A stretch of 64,000 nt of DNA from Patescibacteria group bacterium (GCA_028718865.1 JAQUKX010000001.1:67-64066), one strand, 5' to 3'. Numbered from the stretch's first letter, positions 28,300 to 38,959 are shown. Notes: generated by a model not told the origin, from the letters alone. Program-made: numbers and translations.

Positions 28300-29451
28300 T
28301 TATATTTTTACAAAATTAATTATATTGTTTACTCTGCTTCCCCAACTATACTCTTTTACTTTACAATAAGCTCCAGCAGCTAATTTTTCGCTTGAATTCT
28401 GATTATTGTACAAGTATAATATTTTTTCCGCTAAATTACTAGGATTATCCGGCTGGCAAAATAAACAATTTTCTTCATCTAGTATTTCTTTAATTGCCGG
28501 CAAATCAGAAGCTATTATCGGTCTATAGCTAGCCATATACTCAAACATCTTTAGAGGTGACATATAATAAGCATAATGCTGACTATAGGGGAAAGGCATA
28601 AGCAAAATATCAAAAGCTTTTTGATAAATAGGCAAATCAATAATACTCACTTTGGTAAGTAGTTTAATCTGATCAACCACCCCTTCTTCTTTGGCTAAAT
28701 TTTCATAAAAATCAATATCTGCTTGACTACCGCCTACTGCCCAAAAATAAATCTCTTGTTTTTTATCTTGCAAAATTCTTATAGCTTTAATTATGTCAGT
28801 TATTCCCTTATCTTCTCCCATGGTCTTAAAACTTCCAGTATAAGCGACTATTTTCAGATCTTGCCTAATCCCTAGTTTTTTTCTGGCTTCGTCTTTGCTC
28901 ATTTCAATATCAAATATTTTCAAATCTACTCCATCATGGGCTACCAAAATTTTCCCGGACGAAAAACCATTTTTAATAAATATATTTTTTAAATAATTTG
29001 TGGTTGTAACAATATAATCCGATTTTTTAGCCAAAAATTTAAAAAACCAAGTTTTGTTAATAGGCCAAGAATGACACTCATAAACGGTTTTATGCCCTCT
29101 AAGAGAAAATAGAAAAACAATTTCTGCACCTCTGCTAAAAACAAGATTGTCTTTCGGCAATCTAACAAAAAACAACCTGATTAAATAAAATAAATTTTGC
29201 AAATAAACCGCAAATTTACCAAATATGCTGTTATAATTTATAAAATCAAAACTTTTCAGGTATTTTATTTTAAAATTTTTGTCTAAACCATAAAAAGAAA
29301 AAAGGTCTTCTTTTATTTCATTTTTTCTAGTCGGCACTATTAGCTCTACCTCATGTCCGGCTCGGGCAAATTCCTCGCACATTTTAGCTATCTGGTAGCC
29401 ATGAGCTTTTTCCGTGGGAATCCTGATATTTGTTATATAGCTTATTTTCAT
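28300..29451 (-). CDS. Glycosyltransferase family 4 (GT-B)
   Basis: 383 aa with an N-terminal GT4 acceptor domain and a C-terminal Glycos_transf_1-like domain. Confidence 0.7.
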   Translation of the reverse strand: MKISYITNIRIPTEKAHGYQIAKMCEEFARAGHEVELIVPTRKNEIKEDLFSFYGLDKNFKIKYLKSFDFINYNSIFGKFAVYLQNLFYLIRLFFVRLPKDNLVFSRGAEIVFLFSLRGHKTVYECHSWPINKTWFFKFLAKKSDYIVTTTNYLKNIFIKNGFSSGKILVAHDGVDLKIFDIEMSKDEARKKLGIRQDLKIVAYTGSFKTMGEDKGITDIIKAIRILQDKKQEIYFWAVGGSQADIDFYENLAKEEGVVDQIKLLTKVSIIDLPIYQKAFDILLMPFPYSQHYAYYMSPLKMFEYMASYRPIIASDLPAIKEILDEENCLFCQPDNPSNLAEKILYLYNNQNSSEKLAAGAYCKVKEYSWGSRVNNIINFVKI

Positions 29452-29457
29452 GGATTT

Positions 29458-31299
29458 TTATTTAAATAGCTTATACCAAATCTGAAAAGTAATCAATGAC
29501 CAAATAGTATTGAGAGCATATTCTTTTTTCTCCATATGATTATCCAAAATTAGCTTTATTTCATCAAAATCAAAAAAATCTCTAGTGTCGGGATTATAAT
29601 CTGGCGACAATATTTCATAAGCCGTTTCTTTTAATCCTGTTCTAAGCCATTTGGCAGCTGGAGAAAACCAACCGGTCTTAGGCTTATTATATAAATAATC
29701 AGGTAAATATTCCCTTACTGCCTCCTTAAAAATCCTTTTACCTTGCTCTTTAGTGCCCAACTTATACTTAGCGGGAATAGAAAAAGCCAAATCTACCAAC
29801 TCTTTATCCAAAAAAGGTACTCTTTGCTCCAGCGCAAAAGCCATTGACAGTTTATCAGATTTGGCAAAAGATTCATCAGTCAGCCAGGTGCTAAGATCTA
29901 CTCTCATCAAATAGTCAGCATAATTCTTAAAAGGTCGCCCAAAATGCCTCTGGTTTATAATCTCCCTGCTTTTAGACAAATTATTGATATCTGCTTTCAA
30001 AAATCTTTTTACCATTTCCTCTTTTTGAGCACTAAACTGCCAAAACAAATCCAAACCACTTTGAGCATTGAGTTTCTTATACTCCTTTTCCTTATTCAAG
30101 CTTCTAGCCAAAGATTCCGCTAGCTTATTTTCTCTTATTATTTTTGGCAACTTTTGCCAGCTATCCACTAAGTTATAAAAATAATATCTCTGATAACCGC
30201 CGAATAATTCATCGCCGCCATCACCACCTAAAACAACGTCAACCTGCTTTTTAGCCTCTTTGGATAAAAGATAAGTGGCTACTTGCGTATGGTTGGACAC
30301 GAGTTCATCCATTTGATAAACCACTTTTTCTATATTTTCCGCCACATCCTTGGCCGAAACCAATAATTCATAATGCTCTGTCTGATAATATTGGCTATTC
30401 TTCCTAGCCAGCTGGCTATCTGCATTGAATTTTTCCTCTTCTAGATCAATATCAAATTTGACAGTAAAAGTTTTTATTTTATGACTCACTATTTTAGACA
30501 TTGAGCCCAAAATAGCAGTAGAGTCAACTCCACCACTTAGAAACAAGCCCAAAGGCCTGTCAGATATCAATTGTCTTTTGACTGCTGCATCAAATTTCTC
30601 TCTAATTGTTTTTTTGGCTTGATCATAAGAATAATTGGCTATCTCCGGTAATTGATAATAATTTTTGATAAATAATTTTCCTTTTTCCAAAATCAAATAA
30701 TTTCCAGCGGACAATTTCTTTATATGCTTAAACATTGTCAAAGGAGCGCTGATATACAAAAATCTAAAATAAAGATTAAGAGCGTCAAAATCCAAATCCT
30801 TTTCTATTTTATGCTCCAAAATTGCTTTTATTTCTGAAGAGAAAATAAATTTGCCATTTTTAAAATAATAAAAAAACGGCTTTATTCCAAAATGATCACG
30901 AGCGGCAAAAAGCTTATTTCTTTTTTTATCCCAAATAGCCAAAGCAAAAATGCCATTAAATTTTTGCAAACAGCTTTCGCCATAAGCAATATAAGCGTTT
31001 AAAATAACCTCCGTATCTGTATTGGAAAAAAAATTATAACCCTTGTCTAAAAGGTCTTTTTTTATTTCCTGAAAATTATAAAGCTCGCCATTATAGGTAA
31101 TAATATAATTGCCATCTTTACTTATCATAGGTTGATGCCCGGAAGAGGACAAATCTATTATGGATAATCTATTGTGCCCCAAAGATATCCCTTTATCTAT
31201 GAAAACACCCTGGTCATCAGGACCGCGATATTTGATTTTTTCATTCATCCGCTCTATCAATCCTTGGTCGGCAAAATTAAATCCGTTTACTCCGCACAT
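29458..31299 (-). CDS. asnB: Asparagine synthase (glutamine-hydrolysing) family amidotransferase
   Basis: N-terminal nucleophile MCGVNGF, the GATase-2 domain, and SGGVDSS PP-loop synthetase domain. Confidence 0.9.
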   Translation of the reverse strand: MCGVNGFNFADQGLIERMNEKIKYRGPDDQGVFIDKGISLGHNRLSIIDLSSSGHQPMISKDGNYIITYNGELYNFQEIKKDLLDKGYNFFSNTDTEVILNAYIAYGESCLQKFNGIFALAIWDKKRNKLFAARDHFGIKPFFYYFKNGKFIFSSEIKAILEHKIEKDLDFDALNLYFRFLYISAPLTMFKHIKKLSAGNYLILEKGKLFIKNYYQLPEIANYSYDQAKKTIREKFDAAVKRQLISDRPLGLFLSGGVDSTAILGSMSKIVSHKIKTFTVKFDIDLEEEKFNADSQLARKNSQYYQTEHYELLVSAKDVAENIEKVVYQMDELVSNHTQVATYLLSKEAKKQVDVVLGGDGGDELFGGYQRYYFYNLVDSWQKLPKIIRENKLAESLARSLNKEKEYKKLNAQSGLDLFWQFSAQKEEMVKRFLKADINNLSKSREIINQRHFGRPFKNYADYLMRVDLSTWLTDESFAKSDKLSMAFALEQRVPFLDKELVDLAFSIPAKYKLGTKEQGKRIFKEAVREYLPDYLYNKPKTGWFSPAAKWLRTGLKETAYEILSPDYNPDTRDFFDFDEIKLILDNHMEKKEYALNTIWSLITFQIWYKLFK

Positions 31300-31923
31300 T
31301 TATTTTTTCTTTAAAATAAAAAAATGATGGTAAGGGGACTCAAAAGCAATATTGTCTTTTACTAGCTCCAGACCAGCTTTTTGGATATGCTTTTTTATTC
31401 TTTTAAGCGGATAATTTTTTTTTCCTATTTCCCAATAATGCTCCCCTCTGAACTGATGAGCAATGGGTTTTTTATCAAACTTGTATTGCCATTTTTTGTA
31501 GCCAATTTTTGGAAGAAAAATTTTAAAGGAAAAATGACGCCCCCAATGCGGCAAGCTTAACAGTATATATTTTTTACTTACTCTTTTAAGTTCCGCTATA
31601 GCCTGATCAAAATCTTCAAAGGGTAAATGCTCTAGTACTTCAAAAGCACAGACCAAATCAAAACTATTATCAGCCAACGGTAATTTTCTTACATCTCCCA
31701 AAATATCCGGCGATAAATCTTCAGCTATATCTACGTTTTTATAATTTATCGTAGTGTTGTTTTTCAAATAGCTAGCCAAAACTTTATCGCCTACACCTAT
31801 TTCCAAAACTTCAGCCGGCTGCAAAGCTAGAATTTCTTTGATCTGATACCAATAGCTACTCCATCTATCCAAAGTAACATAAGAAGAAAAATTATAATGC
31901 TCTTTATCTACTTGCTTATTCAT
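31300..31923 (-). CDS. Class I SAM-dependent methyltransferase
   Basis: VLEIGVGD motif I and FDLVCAFEVLEHL. Confidence 0.7.
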   Translation of the reverse strand: MNKQVDKEHYNFSSYVTLDRWSSYWYQIKEILALQPAEVLEIGVGDKVLASYLKNNTTINYKNVDIAEDLSPDILGDVRKLPLADNSFDLVCAFEVLEHLPFEDFDQAIAELKRVSKKYILLSLPHWGRHFSFKIFLPKIGYKKWQYKFDKKPIAHQFRGEHYWEIGKKNYPLKRIKKHIQKAGLELVKDNIAFESPYHHFFILKKK

Positions 31924-32996
31924 TTATATTCTTTTAATATTTTTTCCACCAAAATTCCTATTTCATGGTTATTGGCCACTAGCTCCCTCAATTTCTTCCC
32001 CAATAATCTTCTTTCTTTTTTATCTTTGTTGATAAGAAAAATAATTTTGTCAGCCAGTCCCATTATATCATCTTTTTCATAACCCAGATAATCTTTATAA
32101 TCCGACAAAACATCATTTTTAACTGCATCATTATTTGACAAAACCAAGGTGCCACAAGCCATTGCCTCTAAAGACACTTTGTCCAAACCCCCTTCTTGGC
32201 ACATATGGACCAACAAATTTGCTCCTCTGAAATATTTTACCACTTGATCATTACTCACCGGCCCGACAAAAGAAACAATGTCTGACAATCCTTTTTCTCT
32301 GGCCATTGTTTTTATTTGCTCAAAATAATTTTCATCTGCCGTCATAACTGGGCCGCCGACAATATTAACAAAAATTTTCTTATTTATTTTTCTTTGCTTG
32401 ATTATTACCAAAGCTTCTATTAATTGTTCATATTTTTTTATCGGCGATATTCTGCCAACTGTCAAAATATTAAAAACATCATTGTCTTCAACTTGCTTGT
32501 CTTTTGGACTGAATTTTTCCGTATCTATGCCATGACCCATTACTTTTAATTTTTTGCTTTGCAAACGAAAACTACTATCTGAAGCGCTAAAAATAATATC
32601 CGTCAATTTTTCCGCTAGCTTCAAACTATTATTTATATTTTTATGGGTATACCACAAGCCGATTTTTTTGTGCATAATTTTCCAAAACCAAGCTCCCAAA
32701 ATCACATAAACCTGATTCATATGCACAAAAACATTTTCGTATTCTTTTCTGTATTGCCAGATGTATTTATAAAACCTAAAAATATATTTTATCCTTGATA
32801 CTCCGCTTTCTTTGCCCAGAGACAAAACTCGGACATTGTCCGGCAAATCATAATCTCCTTTATAAAGACAAATAACTATCACTTGCGAACAATGCTTGGC
32901 AAATTCTTTGAGCCAATAATGGAAAAATCCCAGTATTGGATCGTCTTTATCAACTTTTTGAGTCAAGATCAAAAGTTTCATAAAATACTTTGCCAA
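31920..32996 (-). CDS. Glycosyltransferase family 4
   Basis: C-terminal GT1/GT4 domain (…EGGLDKVSLEAMACGTLVLS…). Confidence 0.7.
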   Translation of the reverse strand: MAKYFMKLLILTQKVDKDDPILGFFHYWLKEFAKHCSQVIVICLYKGDYDLPDNVRVLSLGKESGVSRIKYIFRFYKYIWQYRKEYENVFVHMNQVYVILGAWFWKIMHKKIGLWYTHKNINNSLKLAEKLTDIIFSASDSSFRLQSKKLKVMGHGIDTEKFSPKDKQVEDNDVFNILTVGRISPIKKYEQLIEALVIIKQRKINKKIFVNIVGGPVMTADENYFEQIKTMAREKGLSDIVSFVGPVSNDQVVKYFRGANLLVHMCQEGGLDKVSLEAMACGTLVLSNNDAVKNDVLSDYKDYLGYEKDDIMGLADKIIFLINKDKKERRLLGKKLRELVANNHEIGILVEKILKEYK

Positions 32997-34057
32997 TTAT
33001 TTATAGTTGCTTCTCTTAGCTCCTCTCGGCTAGCAATCTTTTGGACAAAAAATTGAGTATTAGCCCCTAGCTTAGCAATCAGAACTCTATCTTTGACTAC
33101 TCTTTCCATAGCTTGAGTCAAAAGATCTAGGTTTCCTACTGGCACTATCAAGGCGTTTTTTTCATTTTCCGTTAGATAGCCGGCACAGCCCACATCCGTC
33201 ATTATCACCGGTAAACCAGCTACTACTGCTTCCGCTACAGCCACCCCATAACCCTCACTATCGGAACTAAGCAAAAAACAATCAGCTGTCTGATAAAATC
33301 CGGCCAAATTCTCCTGCCACAGAGCAAATTCAATTCTATCTTTGACTCTCAATTTTACAGCCAATTCCATCAGTTCCTGTCTTTGCGGTCCATCGCCCAC
33401 TATTACTAATTTTACTTTTTCCTCTTTGGGCAATTTAGCCAAAGCTTGAATTTGTAAAGCAATATTTTTGACTGGCACTAGCCGAGAAACAGTTAAAAAA
33501 ATAAAATGACCAGGATATTTTTGTTTTAAATCAATCTCAATTTTTTCTTTAACTATTCTTTCTCTATCCACAAAAACCGGCAAAACATAAATTTTATTTT
33601 TGTCTATTTTATAATCCTCTGTCAATTGGTGGGCTAGACGATGACTGACTGTCCTTATTTTATCCGCCTGCTTGATTGCCCGCTTAAATAAATATCTACG
33701 TAAAAAATTATTTTTTTCAAAGCCGTGTACCTGAATTTCCAATTTCAAGCCAAAACGCTTAGCAATCATGCCTCCCAAACAAGCCAAATAGGCCGTATCC
33801 TGAACTGTTAGTAAATCAAATTTTTCTTTTTTTAATATTTTGTTTAAAAAATTATAGATATTTTTCCAAGCCAAAAACTTATTGGCTCCGCTTATTCCTA
33901 TTGATCTTACTTTGGAGGCCAGTTGAGTTTCATTATTTTTTCCTGGCACTACTATCAAATATTTTTCCAATCTTTCCCCAACAAAAATAGCTCGCTTAGC
34001 TACTGCCGAGCCAGCATCAAGAATTCTATTGTCTAGTCCTAAAGATAAAACTTTCAT
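32978..34057 (-). CDS. Glycosyltransferase family 4
   Basis: …SEGYGVAVAEAVVAGLPVIMTDVGCA… is the E-x7-E GT4 motif. Confidence 0.8.
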   Translation of the reverse strand: MKVLSLGLDNRILDAGSAVAKRAIFVGERLEKYLIVVPGKNNETQLASKVRSIGISGANKFLAWKNIYNFLNKILKKEKFDLLTVQDTAYLACLGGMIAKRFGLKLEIQVHGFEKNNFLRRYLFKRAIKQADKIRTVSHRLAHQLTEDYKIDKNKIYVLPVFVDRERIVKEKIEIDLKQKYPGHFIFLTVSRLVPVKNIALQIQALAKLPKEEKVKLVIVGDGPQRQELMELAVKLRVKDRIEFALWQENLAGFYQTADCFLLSSDSEGYGVAVAEAVVAGLPVIMTDVGCAGYLTENEKNALIVPVGNLDLLTQAMERVVKDRVLIAKLGANTQFFVQKIASREELREATINNWQSIL

Positions 34058-35169
34058 AATTGGGAAAATATTTTTATAGTATCCAGCCCCGCTTTTTGAT
34101 AATCATAATCATAATTAAGGCTGCTAATTGTTTTTTGATAATCATCATAATTATTCTTATCCAAAAGATATTCTATTTTCTCGCTCATTTCTCTGATATT
34201 TTTGGGATCAAAAGTGATGATTTTATCTACCAGCCAATCAAAACCAATTTCTTGAGAGCTGATAAAAGGAATCTGACTGTCTAGACATTCCAACATAGTG
34301 TTGGGACTAATATCCGTCAGACTAGGAAAAACAACCAAATAAGCACTAGCCAGTCTTTGCCTGAGATCTAAGCGCGACAGCTTGCCTTCTAGGCGAATGT
34401 TTTTTATAGCCAGTCGGCTGATTATTTCCTCTATTTTTTCTTGCAAAGGCCCCTCACCTATCAAAACCAGCTGATAATCTTTATCTTTTATATTAGTAAA
34501 TGCTGCTATCAAATTTATAATATTATTTTTATTGATAAAACGACCAGCGAAAATAATTTCTTTGTTGGGCTCTTCTTTTTTGACAATGGCATTAATAATA
34601 GATGGCGGATTGGGTACCACAAAAAGTCTCTTGGAGTCTAGCTGATAGAACTTGGCAAATATTTCTTTTTGAAAATTAGTGGTAAAGATAATACCTTGAG
34701 CTCTACGCAAAACCCATTTGATTATTTTGAGTCTTATTTTTTGTTTTTTATAAATCCCCTTTTCATAAAACTCCCGCAAAGTCAGCATCTCCTGACTCTC
34801 ATCTAGATACTTTTCCCAAAGAAAATCACCACCCGTTCTGATAAATAGCGTCTTTTTGTAAAAACGACAAAATAAAACAGCTGGCAGTCCAGCGCTCAAA
34901 TAATCAAAAGCATATATTATATCCGCGTCTTTGGCTGTTTTAACCAAAGCTTTATAATACCTGAAATAATTCAAAATTTTATTACTCCGCTTGATTCTAA
35001 AAAGCGGATAAGTAAGCCCTTTATCAAAATCATATTTATCTTTATCAGAATAAGTCAAAACACTGACTCGGTGGCCAAGTTTGATAAATTCTTGAGCAAT
35101 GTTGGGAGCATAAGTAGCTGGCCCACCTAGCTCAGGAATAAATATACCTGTAGCAATAATTATTTTCAT
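34054..35169 (-). CDS. Glycosyltransferase (GT-B, GT4-like)
   Basis: 371 aa. Its start overlaps the next gene's end. GT-B-like organisation. Confidence 0.6.
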   Translation of the reverse strand: MKIIIATGIFIPELGGPATYAPNIAQEFIKLGHRVSVLTYSDKDKYDFDKGLTYPLFRIKRSNKILNYFRYYKALVKTAKDADIIYAFDYLSAGLPAVLFCRFYKKTLFIRTGGDFLWEKYLDESQEMLTLREFYEKGIYKKQKIRLKIIKWVLRRAQGIIFTTNFQKEIFAKFYQLDSKRLFVVPNPPSIINAIVKKEEPNKEIIFAGRFINKNNIINLIAAFTNIKDKDYQLVLIGEGPLQEKIEEIISRLAIKNIRLEGKLSRLDLRQRLASAYLVVFPSLTDISPNTMLECLDSQIPFISSQEIGFDWLVDKIITFDPKNIREMSEKIEYLLDKNNYDDYQKTISSLNYDYDYQKAGLDTIKIFSQL

Positions 35170-35184
35170 ATTTTATATAATTTT

Positions 35185-35432
35185 ATCATTCCTTTTGTCA
35201 TTCTGGAGCGAGCGTAGCGAGCGATAGAATCTACCATTGTCCTTACCTCAAAGCATCGAGCGATAGAATCCTTCTGTCATTCCCGATTTTTTATGTCATT
35301 CCCGCGAAAGCGGGAATCTACTTTGAGATGAGTAAGAGCTAGATTCCGGCTCGGGGGCCGGAATGACAAGAAAAAAACCTGTCATTCCCGTCCCCGCCTT
35401 CGCGGGGATAAACTCCAGCGGGAATCTACGCC
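35185..35432 (+). repeat. Mosaic repeat cluster containing perfect hairpins: ATTCCCGC-GAAA-GCGGGAAT, ATTCCGGC-TCGGGG-GCCGGAAT and CCCCGC-CTTC-GCGGGG
   Basis: Direct reading. The cluster lies between two minus-strand glycosyltransferase genes and shares modules with the clusters at 46740-47355. Confidence 0.8.
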
Positions 35433-36529
35433 CTCTCATACAACTCCCTAACTTGATCAATTATTGGCTGCCAATCATATTTCCGAACACTGACACTAGC
35501 TCTGGCTGACAATTGTTTTCTCAACTCCTCATCTTTGAGTAATTTAACTATCGCCTCTGTTATTTGCTCAGAATTCTTTGCTTCCACCAAGAGCCCATTT
35601 TCATTGTCCTGTATTACATCGGGAATACCACCCACTCTGGTGCCTATTACCGGCGCTCCACAAGCTTGAGCTTCTATAAACACTATCCCCAATCCTTCAG
35701 CCAAAGACGGGCAAATAAATACTTCAGCGCTGGCCAACTGTTCTAGAGCTTCTTGATGAGGCAAGGCACCTTTTAACTCTACGCTTCCAGCTATATTCAA
35801 CTCTTTGATCAGATCTTCTATTTCCTTTCTTTTGTCCCCTTCTCCTACCAAAACCAATTTAGCTTCCGGTACTTGTGAAATTACTCCTGGCCAAGCCTTG
35901 ACCAAATAATCCAGTCCTTTTTCCCAAGACAAGCGCGCCAGACAAACCACCTTGTTTTTTTCCTGAATTATGCCTTGAGGCACTTTGGAAAAATCAACAC
36001 CGTTGGGTATCAGCTGAATTTTTTCATCCGCTACTCCCAATCGTCTAGCTCTGTCGGCCAAAAAACTACTAATAGCAGTAATCCTATCCGGGCTTTTGTG
36101 AATACTTTTCCAAAAAAACCGAATAAGAAACTTTTTTTGTTTCTTGGGATCATCTAGATCACCACTTTGCAAAGTCAATATTCGCTTGGCTTTTTTATAA
36201 AAATATTTACTAAAAACCAAAGCAATGCCAGCATAACTTTCCATAATGGCATGAATTATCTTTGGTTTTATTTTTATAATCGGCCGATTAGCCAAAAGCG
36301 GAAACAAGGCCTTGTCTATCTGTTTATGGCCTATGCCTACGCGGATTATTTTAAAATTTTTCCGCTCTTCTTCTTTGGGCAAATTTTTATCTAATCTGGC
36401 TGTCACCAAGCTAATCTCATAAACATCTCCTAATCTTTCTACTAGCTCCTTGACCATTTGTTCGGCGCCAGAAATAAAAGGATCATAGAAAGCCGACAAA
36501 ACAACGATTTTAGTTTTGCTTACTGGCAT
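35426..36529 (-). CDS. Glycosyltransferase family 4
   Basis: …AEGLGIVFIEAQACGAPVIGTRVGGIPDVI…. Confidence 0.8.
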   Translation of the reverse strand: MPVSKTKIVVLSAFYDPFISGAEQMVKELVERLGDVYEISLVTARLDKNLPKEEERKNFKIIRVGIGHKQIDKALFPLLANRPIIKIKPKIIHAIMESYAGIALVFSKYFYKKAKRILTLQSGDLDDPKKQKKFLIRFFWKSIHKSPDRITAISSFLADRARRLGVADEKIQLIPNGVDFSKVPQGIIQEKNKVVCLARLSWEKGLDYLVKAWPGVISQVPEAKLVLVGEGDKRKEIEDLIKELNIAGSVELKGALPHQEALEQLASAEVFICPSLAEGLGIVFIEAQACGAPVIGTRVGGIPDVIQDNENGLLVEAKNSEQITEAIVKLLKDEELRKQLSARASVSVRKYDWQPIIDQVRELYERA

Positions 36530-37496
36530 AATATTGATAGACTTTTTTTAGATTCTCATCTAGATTATCTTCTATTTTTTCACCCAGTAGTTTTTCCATT
36601 TTACTGACATCTGGACTGCGATATTTGATTTCATAGCCGCGCTCAGGCAAAAACTCCGGCTTGAGATCTTTTCCCCCTATTTTGATAATTTTTTGCGCCA
36701 GTTCCAAGATAGTAGTCTGCCGACCCAAGCCTATATTTATCACCTGGCCGTTGGCCTGATCGCTTAGTAGCGCTTTGACAGCCAAACGGACATTGTCTTT
36801 GACATAGATAAAGTCCCTAGTTTGATACCCTGTGCCAAAAATTATCGGTGGCTGGTTCTGTAAAACTTTTTGGATAAAAATGCCAATGACAAAGCCATAG
36901 TCGGAAGATTCTTGTCTTTCTCCAAAGACATTAAAAAATCGCAAGGAGCAAGTCGGTATGCCATATTGATCATTGTAAACTTTCATCATCTTCTCGCCCA
37001 TCAGTTTGACCAAGGCGTACAAGCTGGTGCTATGGGTCTGATAAGCCAGCTCTTTGCCGTTGTCTTCAGTTAGCGGCATTTCATTGAGAGTGCCGTAGGC
37101 TTCTGAGGAAGAAGCAAAAACCACTTTTTTGATAGCGAACTCTTTGGCCAGAGACAAAATATTTTTAATGCCGACTATGTCATCTAAGACCAAAAGCGGT
37201 TGTTCCATCACCCGTTTTACTCCCAAAACTGCCGCATAGTGAAAAATATAATCAAATTTGTATTTGGCAAAAATCTGATGCAATTCCTCAAAATTATTAA
37301 CATCGCCTTTGATAAATTCAAAGTTGCCAGTAGCTTTGGCTTGCGCCAAATTTTCTTCTTTACCAGTAGAGAGATTGTCTAGAGCCACCACCCTGGCGCC
37401 TTCAGCCAAAAGCTCATCGCAAAGGTGCGAACCGATAAACCCTGCTCCGCCTGTGACCAAAATACTAGCATTTTTCAATTTGTCCATTTTTTCCAT
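36510..37496 (-). CDS. NAD-dependent epimerase/dehydratase (UDP-sugar 4-epimerase/4,6-dehydratase family)
   Basis: VTGGAGFIGSHLCDELL and YALVK (YxxxK). The start is placed at the internal Met MEKMDKL. The ORF continues upstream to 37559. Confidence 0.85.
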   Translation of the reverse strand: MEKMDKLKNASILVTGGAGFIGSHLCDELLAEGARVVALDNLSTGKEENLAQAKATGNFEFIKGDVNNFEELHQIFAKYKFDYIFHYAAVLGVKRVMEQPLLVLDDIVGIKNILSLAKEFAIKKVVFASSSEAYGTLNEMPLTEDNGKELAYQTHSTSLYALVKLMGEKMMKVYNDQYGIPTCSLRFFNVFGERQESSDYGFVIGIFIQKVLQNQPPIIFGTGYQTRDFIYVKDNVRLAVKALLSDQANGQVINIGLGRQTTILELAQKIIKIGGKDLKPEFLPERGYEIKYRSPDVSKMEKLLGEKIEDNLDENLKKVYQYYASKQN

Positions 37497-37694
37497 ATTT
37501 TTATGTATTTTATAGCTATAAAACATAATAACAATACAATAAAAAGGCAGAAAAATCAACTAAACAAACATTGAATCCGCCTAGGGAAAAATAAGCAAAA
37601 TATCTTGCTTTTAATTGTTTTATTCTATAAAATTATAACAACAATAAAATAATAAATCAATTATTAAATAAGCCAAAATTAGCTAAAAAATAAA

Positions 37695-38882
37695 ATGAAA
37701 AAAGAGTTAAAAGGCAAAAAAATCCTCTATCTTATTACCCAGAGCAAATGGGGCGGCGCCCAGAAATATGTCATTGACCTGGCTCGTCATTTTAGCCAAA
37801 AAAATGAAGTCCATATTGCCTATGGTGAAAGCCGCCAGCTTGACCCTTATTTTGCCCAAGAATGCCAAAAGCTAAAAGTCAAAACTATCCCCCTGCCTTA
37901 CCTTTGCCGCAACATAGATCTGGGCAAGGATTATCTAGCAATGATTGATTTGAGCAAGCTCTTTGGCAAAGAAAGTTATGATTTGATTCATCTCAACAGC
38001 TCCAAAGCCGGCCTGCTGGGCAGTCTGGCCGCCAAATACTATGGTCTCAATTTGCTAAACGCCAAACTGCGCCTGATCTATACTGCTCACGGCTTTGTCT
38101 TCAATGAACCGCTTTCCAAATTCAGAAAAAAAATCTACAAGCTATCGGAAACTTTTTCTACAACTATTCAGCATTTGATTATCGCCGTCTCCGATGCTGA
38201 CCGCCAAAGCGCCATTGAAAATAAAATAACTCATCCCGCCAAAATTTTTACTGTCCACAATGGCTTGGATTTTTCCCAATATGATTTTTATCCAACTGAC
38301 CAAGCCCGACAAAAACTTGGTCTGGAAAAAGATCAAATATACTTCGGTACTATCGCCAGCTTCTACCTTACCAAAGGCCATACTTATCTGCTAGATGCTG
38401 TCAAAGAGCTACGCACTACAAACTGGCCGCTGTTTGACAAATCCGCCTGGGTATTTATCGGCGACGGGCCGGAAAAAGAAAATATCAGCCAAAAAATAAA
38501 AGCCGCGGATTTGCAAGACAAGATAAAAGTTTTTGACCCTTCGCCGGAAGGTGACCACAAATACCTCAAAGCTTTTGATTATTTTATCCTGCCTTCAGTC
38601 AAAGAAGGTTTGCCTTATACTATTTTGGAAGCCGGACTGGCTCAAGTGCCTGTTGTTGCTACCCGAGTCGGTGGCCTGCCAGAGATAATCACTGACAAAA
38701 AAAACGGCCTACTGGCCACTGCTGCCAATCCCCTTTCTCTGGCTGACAAGATAAAAAAAATCAGCGCTGATCAAAAAATGTCGTCAGCTCTGGCTCAGGC
38801 AAATTATCAAAACATCAAAAGCAACTTTTCTCTAGACAAAACCCTATCTCAGACCGAAGAGCTTTATCTGAAGCTGTTTTAA
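37695..38882 (+). CDS. Glycosyltransferase family 4
   Basis: …KEGLPYTILEAGLAQVPVVATRVGGLPEII…. Confidence 0.8.
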   Translation: MKKELKGKKILYLITQSKWGGAQKYVIDLARHFSQKNEVHIAYGESRQLDPYFAQECQKLKVKTIPLPYLCRNIDLGKDYLAMIDLSKLFGKESYDLIHLNSSKAGLLGSLAAKYYGLNLLNAKLRLIYTAHGFVFNEPLSKFRKKIYKLSETFSTTIQHLIIAVSDADRQSAIENKITHPAKIFTVHNGLDFSQYDFYPTDQARQKLGLEKDQIYFGTIASFYLTKGHTYLLDAVKELRTTNWPLFDKSAWVFIGDGPEKENISQKIKAADLQDKIKVFDPSPEGDHKYLKAFDYFILPSVKEGLPYTILEAGLAQVPVVATRVGGLPEIITDKKNGLLATAANPLSLADKIKKISADQKMSSALAQANYQNIKSNFSLDKTLSQTEELYLKLF

Positions 38883-38959
38883 TTAAGCAAGGTCACAACC
38901 AACGACCAAAAATAAGTAAAATTAAGAAGAAAAACCGCCCAGAGGGCGACAAAAAAGCG

